Below are positions 34,393 to 38,812 of a stretch of DNA of 38,812 bases, piece after piece (positions within the stretch are counted from its first letter, which is position 1; each line of letters begins with the position of its first letter). Below the pieces are notes generated by a model. It ran no database searches and was not told where the DNA came from. It was given only the letters and a program-made list of their open reading frames with translations. The DNA comes from a virus (lineage: Duplodnaviria; Caudoviricetes). A program made the position numbers and the translations under genes. Location of the stretch: IMG/VR virus record IMGVR_UViG_3300011335_000266, positions 1 through 38,812 of that record; one strand, 5' to 3'.

Positions 34393-34580
34393 CACTAATA
34401 GACAGAGGATGTTGGGAGCGAGGATGCGCTTGCTACGACAGTCGAATAGCTGATGAGACTATTGAAGTTGTACCGCGCAATGATGTATTAGAAGAAGTAG
34501 CCAAGGAGTTTGATGCTATGAAAGCTTTTGGTGATACGTCAGCATCGTTTGCGGCATACGTACGGGGTTTGAAGCGATGA
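34389..34580 (+). CDS. Hypothetical protein
   Basis: RNDVLEEVA..DTSASFA motif; ATGA coupling at both ends. Confidence 0.7.
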   Translation: MTLIDRGCWERGCACYDSRIADETIEVVPRNDVLEEVAKEFDAMKAFGDTSASFAAYVRGLKR

Positions 34581-34813
34581 TTAAATACGACGGCTACGAC
34601 GAAGCGATCATTGGGCCCGCAAGCATTTGGCGTGATAGTACGCAAGTATCCGTATTGGTTTACGACGCGGAGAAGATACGGGAAATCCTTATGCGAGACG
34701 GCATGGATGCCGAGGAAGCTCGGGAGTTTATTGAGTTCAACATTGAAGGCGGCTACATAGGGATTGAAACCCCTGTGCTAGTTTGGCCTAACGACATTTG
34801 GGATGAATCATGA
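34577..34813 (+). CDS. Small acidic phage protein
   Basis: DGYDEAIIG..EEAREFIEFNI.G.YIG..TP. Confidence 0.75.
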   Translation: MIKYDGYDEAIIGPASIWRDSTQVSVLVYDAEKIREILMRDGMDAEEAREFIEFNIEGGYIGIETPVLVWPNDIWDES

Positions 34814-35499
34814 ATCATATTAAAGCAATTGAAACTACGTACAAGGGCTACCGCTTTCGCTCAAGGTTGGAAGCACGATGGGCTGTGTTCTTTGACACCT
34901 TGGGTATACCTTGGAAGTACGAGAATGAAGGGTATCAAAAAGAAATTGATACCGATCTAGGAACTAAAACCATACGCTACTTACCTGACTTCTTTTTACC
35001 TTGCCGTTGGGGTGGTGGTATGTTCGTAGAGGTTAAAGGTGACAAGGACGGCCTAAAAGTAGATTGGGAACATAACGCACTGATGCACGACTGGGACGGC
35101 ATACTGCCTAACTTTCATGACTCAATAGGCAAGAGTAACGCAGGGTTGCTTTTGCTTTCCGAAGTACCCGAGGCTTCACAACATAAAATTTACTTTCATT
35201 CGGTACTTCAGCATGACAAAGGTTTAGTTAAGAGCTATGCATTTTTTAATGGCATTGAGTTGTCTGTTGTACAAAGGTCGTCGCTATCAGACATGTTGGA
35301 TGTTAGCCCTGTGTATGGTTTAGACTCATCGGAACGTGATTGGGGTATTGACACTAAGCAAGTATCCGCAACTAGGTACTACCCTAGAGTAGTTGAAGCG
35401 TATGCCGCCGCACGTGGCGCTAGGTTTGAGCATGGCGAAGGCCAAGCGCAAGCTAAACCTGTAGTACAACCAAGATACGTGCCCGGGCCGTATCTGTAA
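34810..35499 (+). CDS. PD-(D/E)XK endonuclease-like protein
   Basis: FRSRLEARWA..YE..YLPDF..EVKG. Confidence 0.75.
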   Translation: MNHIKAIETTYKGYRFRSRLEARWAVFFDTLGIPWKYENEGYQKEIDTDLGTKTIRYLPDFFLPCRWGGGMFVEVKGDKDGLKVDWEHNALMHDWDGILPNFHDSIGKSNAGLLLLSEVPEASQHKIYFHSVLQHDKGLVKSYAFFNGIELSVVQRSSLSDMLDVSPVYGLDSSERDWGIDTKQVSATRYYPRVVEAYAAARGARFEHGEGQAQAKPVVQPRYVPGPYL

Positions 35500-35511
35500 C
35501 AGAAAGAAATT

Positions 35512-36174
35512 ATGAGTATTGTTTGGTCATTCAGTAGCCTGAAAACATTTCAGCAGTGCCCTAAGAAGTACTACCACACCAAGATAGCCAAGGACGTTGT
35601 TGAACCCGACACACAGGCAACACTGTATGGAAAGACAGCTCATACTGTGGCAGAGGAGTATATTCGTGATGGAGTGCCGATCCCTGAACAGTTTGCGTAT
35701 ATGCAAGCTACCCTAGATGTTTTAAAAGACATCCCCGGAGAGAAATTATGCGAAGTAAAACTTGGGTTGACGAAGAATTTAGAGTCGTGCGACTTCGATG
35801 CTCCGAATGTATGGTGGCATGGGGTAGCGGATTTGGTGATTATCAATCGGACTACGGGAACGGCACACTCCATAGACTACAAGACGAGCAAGAGTGCGAG
35901 ATATGCGGACGTGAAGCAACTCGATCTTGTCGCTTGTGGATTATTCGCCAAGTTTCCGGAAATTCAGAGGGTGAAGTCAGCGCTCTTGTTTGTAGTGAGC
36001 AAGGAATTCGTGAGGGCTATTCACCATTCAGAGATGATGCCAAAGTACATAGAACCCGCCGCCCGAGACGTAGCAAGAATTGAGGCGGCATTAGAAAACG
36101 GGGTATGGAATCCCATCCAAGGCCCACTGTGCAAGTTCTGCTCAGTGCGGGAATGTGAGTACAACAGGAACTAA
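35512..36174 (+). CDS. Cas4/RecB-like PD-(D/E)XK exonuclease
   Basis: WSFSSL..CP, GVAD, DYKT, QL, C-terminal CxxC-x5-C. Confidence 0.85.
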   Translation: MSIVWSFSSLKTFQQCPKKYYHTKIAKDVVEPDTQATLYGKTAHTVAEEYIRDGVPIPEQFAYMQATLDVLKDIPGEKLCEVKLGLTKNLESCDFDAPNVWWHGVADLVIINRTTGTAHSIDYKTSKSARYADVKQLDLVACGLFAKFPEIQRVKSALLFVVSKEFVRAIHHSEMMPKYIEPAARDVARIEAALENGVWNPIQGPLCKFCSVRECEYNRN

Positions 36175-36175
36175 T

Positions 36176-36544
36176 ATGACACAGCAAATACCGAATGATG
36201 ATCTAGACACGGCCTTGATTCTTGAAGGCGAACTAAAACGCAGAGTTAATGAAGTGGTTGAGAAGGTTGTGGTCAACATGGTGGGGAAAATCATCCACCA
36301 AGAGCTGAATAAATACAAAGCCGAGATGCTCATGGAAGTCAGCATCAATGTTGGAAGAATGCTCAGAATGGTAGAAAATGAGGGTCGTAAACCGCTTTGG
36401 GAAGCAAAGCCCGAAGAGTTTGGTTTAACACAAGAAGAGCTTAATCGCTCATCAATTAGGCACTTGGATGAAACGCAACTTGTCCAAAATGAAATTAAGA
36501 AGGATTTAGATCATGCCATACGTGAACAAACCCCGACCATATAA
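36176..36544 (+). CDS. Hypothetical protein
   Basis: AGGA RBS, ATG at 36176. Confidence 0.65.
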   Translation: MTQQIPNDDLDTALILEGELKRRVNEVVEKVVVNMVGKIIHQELNKYKAEMLMEVSINVGRMLRMVENEGRKPLWEAKPEEFGLTQEELNRSSIRHLDETQLVQNEIKKDLDHAIREQTPTI

Positions 36545-36827
36545 AAAAGAATATCAGCAGCAGATCGCTCGTGGTGAAAGCCCAGCTCGCTTAGAGCGTC
36601 AGCGTGCTAGAGAAGGTATAGATAAAAAGAATGCAGACAAAAACAATGACGGACGTGCTGACGTCCGCGAAGGCAAAGATGTTGCTCACATCAAGGCACT
36701 ATCTAAAGGTGGCACAAACGGGAACGGAGTCAAACTCCAAACCCCATCAGCCAATCGCTCGTTCAAACGTGGCTCAAACCACAAAGTTGTATCAGAAGTA
36801 AGTACCAAGGAACGTAAGAAAAAATGA
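36513..36827 (+). CDS. HNH-like basic protein
   Basis: GKDVAHIKALSKGGTN..ANRS. Confidence 0.7.
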   Translation: MPYVNKPRPYKKEYQQQIARGESPARLERQRAREGIDKKNADKNNDGRADVREGKDVAHIKALSKGGTNGNGVKLQTPSANRSFKRGSNHKVVSEVSTKERKKK

Positions 36828-37033
36828 CGCCCGAGCAGAAGTGGTTGCTTCTTCATGGTAGTGGTTGGGTTGATTGGGTAGATGTGATGCGCAACAATGT
36901 CCTTGACGTTTACGAAAATCAATTTGACCCCGACTTATTTGAGTTTGACCCTTTACAAAACCGAATCAGATTAAAACAATATGAATCTATCAGAGTACAC
37001 GTGGCCCCGTCCGCCGGGGTTCGCACCATTTGA
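36824..37033 (+). CDS. Hypothetical protein
   Basis: 69 aa; ATGA coupling; overlaps helicase start. Confidence 0.5.
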   Translation: MTPEQKWLLLHGSGWVDWVDVMRNNVLDVYENQFDPDLFEFDPLQNRIRLKQYESIRVHVAPSAGVRTI

Positions 37034-38384
37034 ACATCAGAAGACAACAGCAGAGTTCCTTACAACAAACCGCAAGGCGTTCTGCTTCAATGAGCAGGGT
37101 ACAGGTAAGACAGCATCAGTAATTTGGGCAGTCGACTACCTCATGACCATTGGGTTAGTCAAGCGTGTATTAGTGATCTGCCCTTTGTCGATCATGAAAT
37201 CGGCTTGGCAGAATGACTTGTTTAAGTTTGCTATTCACCGTACCGTGTCAGTCGCTTATGGAGCCGCACGTAAGCGCAAGGATATTGTGAGTCTTGGTGC
37301 TGAGTTTGTCATCATCAACTTCGATGGCGTTGGCATCGTCAAGAAAGAAATTATGGCGGGTGGGTTTGACCTCATCGTAGTAGACGAAGCGTCAGCCTAT
37401 AAGAATGTGCAGACCGAGCGTTGGAAAGACTTGCGTGACCTAACAAAAGTTATCAAAGGTCTATGGATGTTGACGGGTACGCCTGCCGCACAGTCGCCTG
37501 TGGATGCTTACGGATTGGCAAAGCTTGTGAACCCCAAGGGCGTGTCACCTTTCTTTGGTCAGTTCCGAGACACAGTGATGATGAAGCTCACCATGTACAA
37601 GTGGATACCCAAGCCGACCGCACAACTAATCGTTCACAAAGCGCTTCAACCCGCCATTCGGTTTGAGAAAGCCGACTGCCTCGACTTGCCGCCCGTTACG
37701 TTTGTTGAACGAGACGCACCATTAACACCGCAGCAGATTAAGTTCTACAACATACTGAAGAAGCAGATGCTCATTGAGGCTGCTGGAGAAGAAGTATCTG
37801 CCGTTAACGCTGCCGTACAAATTAACAAACTTCTGCAAATAGCTGGAGGTGCGGTGTATACGGATACAAACGAAGTCATTGAGTTCGACGTGAGCAGTAG
37901 GCTCAACGTGGTGCAAGAGGTGATTGAAGAGTCAAGCCACAAGGTGCTTGTGTTCGTTCCGTTTACGCACACTATTCAGTTGCTTGAGAAGCACTTGCAG
38001 AAACACAACATTACATGCGACGTGATTAACGGCTCGGTTCCTGTAAACAAACGCACAGATATTGTCAAGCAGTTTCAAGAGCAACCTGAACCAAAAGTAT
38101 TAATCATTCAACCAAAGGCGGCATCACACGGGTTAACTCTAACTGCCGCCAACACAATTGTTTGGTATGCTCCATGCACAAGTGTTGAAACGTACTTGCA
38201 AGCCAACGCACGTATCGACCGCCCCGGGCAAGTCAATAACATGACTGTCGTACACATCAAGGGTAGCCCCATCGAGGCCAAGATGTACACGATGCTTCAG
38301 GGCAACATCGACAACCACCAAAAAGTAATTGATCTGTACAAGCAAGAAATTTCTTCGGAAACTCTTGACAATGTAAAAAGTTAG
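36981..38384 (+). CDS. SNF2-family (superfamily 2) helicase
   Basis: EQGTGKT, VVDEAS, LTGTP, HGLTL, QANARIDRPGQ. Confidence 0.92.
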   Translation: MNLSEYTWPRPPGFAPFEHQKTTAEFLTTNRKAFCFNEQGTGKTASVIWAVDYLMTIGLVKRVLVICPLSIMKSAWQNDLFKFAIHRTVSVAYGAARKRKDIVSLGAEFVIINFDGVGIVKKEIMAGGFDLIVVDEASAYKNVQTERWKDLRDLTKVIKGLWMLTGTPAAQSPVDAYGLAKLVNPKGVSPFFGQFRDTVMMKLTMYKWIPKPTAQLIVHKALQPAIRFEKADCLDLPPVTFVERDAPLTPQQIKFYNILKKQMLIEAAGEEVSAVNAAVQINKLLQIAGGAVYTDTNEVIEFDVSSRLNVVQEVIEESSHKVLVFVPFTHTIQLLEKHLQKHNITCDVINGSVPVNKRTDIVKQFQEQPEPKVLIIQPKAASHGLTLTAANTIVWYAPCTSVETYLQANARIDRPGQVNNMTVVHIKGSPIEAKMYTMLQGNIDNHQKVIDLYKQEISSETLDNVKS

Positions 38385-38392
38385 AGTACACT
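38365..38392 (+). promoter_or_regulatory. Promoter overlapping the helicase 3' end
   Basis: TTGACA-16 nt-TACACT; spacer nearly identical to the 31136 promoter. Confidence 0.65.
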
Positions 38393-38398
38393 TGTATT

Positions 38399-38493
38399 TG
38401 TGTGGCAGTGGTGGGTAGCGGGTTAGCGCCGTTACGGAATTGCTTTCTATGTTTTGAAACACACTGCTTTATGTGAACTGCTACTGCCACACA
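38399..38493 (+). ncRNA. Putative structured leader RNA
   Basis: 13-bp closing stem TGTGTGGCAGTGG/CTACTGCCACACA with inner hairpin GTAGCGG-GTTAGCG-CCGTTAC. Confidence 0.5.
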
Positions 38494-38514
38494 CCCAACC
38501 ATTAGGAGAATCAG

Positions 38515-38812
38515 ATGGACGAAGAAGTCAAAGATAGAGTCACCCCCATGGACTTAGCAAAGCTAACGTCTATATACATCAAGATCAGAGACAAGCGTGC
38601 CGACAACAAGCGCATGTTTGAAGCTGAAGACAACGATCTCAAAGAGCAAGCGGAAGTGTTAGAAGCACAGATGCTCGATATATGTAAAGAGATGAATGCT
38701 GATAGCATTCGCACCCCACACGGCACAATCATTCGCTCGGTAAAGTCACGGTACTGGACGAACGATTGGGATTCAATGTACGACTTCATAGAGGAGCATG
38801 GTGCATTTGGCC
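38515..38812 (+). CDS. Coiled-coil phage protein, possibly Gam/gp157-like (truncated by window end)
   Basis: Hand-translated MDEEVKDR..YIKIRD..SIRTPHGT..NDWDSMYDFI; AGGAG RBS. Confidence 0.7.
   Translation, partial: MDEEVKDRVTPMDLAKLTSIYIKIRDKRADNKRMFEAEDNDLKEQAEVLEAQMLDICKEMNADSIRTPHGTIIRSVKSRYWTNDWDSMYDFIEEHGAFG

Larger units (their letters stand above)
1..38812. mobile_element. Tailed bacteriophage genome segment (Caudoviricetes), two divergent arms
   Basis: Terminase-portal-scaffold-capsid block on minus strand; PolA, SNF2 helicase and nucleases on plus strand; dense small ORFs; no cellular housekeeping genes. Confidence 0.97.

Noticed and set aside
35512-36174. Cas4-like nuclease as evidence of CRISPR-Cas
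   Set aside because: Stand-alone PD-(D/E)XK exonucleases are routine in phage replication blocks

Overview
Large part of a tailed dsDNA bacteriophage genome (Caudoviricetes; probably podovirus-like, since no tape measure or sheath gene is visible) with two divergent arms. Left arm (1-19942, minus strand) is the virion module: small and large terminase, portal, GroES-like protein, scaffold, major capsid protein, decoration proteins, a run of small basic proteins, adaptor/tail proteins and glycine-rich fibre proteins. Right arm (20357-38812, plus strand) has an early region of many small ORFs, an AAA ATPase/VWA-metallopeptidase pair and three small DNA-binding-like proteins, then a replication block (VRR-NUC nuclease, family A DNA polymerase, PD-(D/E)XK nucleases, HNH-like protein, SNF2 helicase). 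No integrase, tRNA or CRISPR array was seen. Most unusual observations: (1) about 21 copies of the 14-bp palindrome CTAACAWWTGTTAG confined to the 11-kb early region, mostly at gene junctions where they supply start or stop codons; (2) a small replication-block protein whose first 25 residues copy the N-terminus of the phage's own major capsid protein; (3) several structured leader RNAs beginning at predicted transcription starts, two with pseudoknot topology; (4) a non-coding block with iteron-like repeats and two IHF-consensus sites. All calls come from reading by eye; no database search was run.
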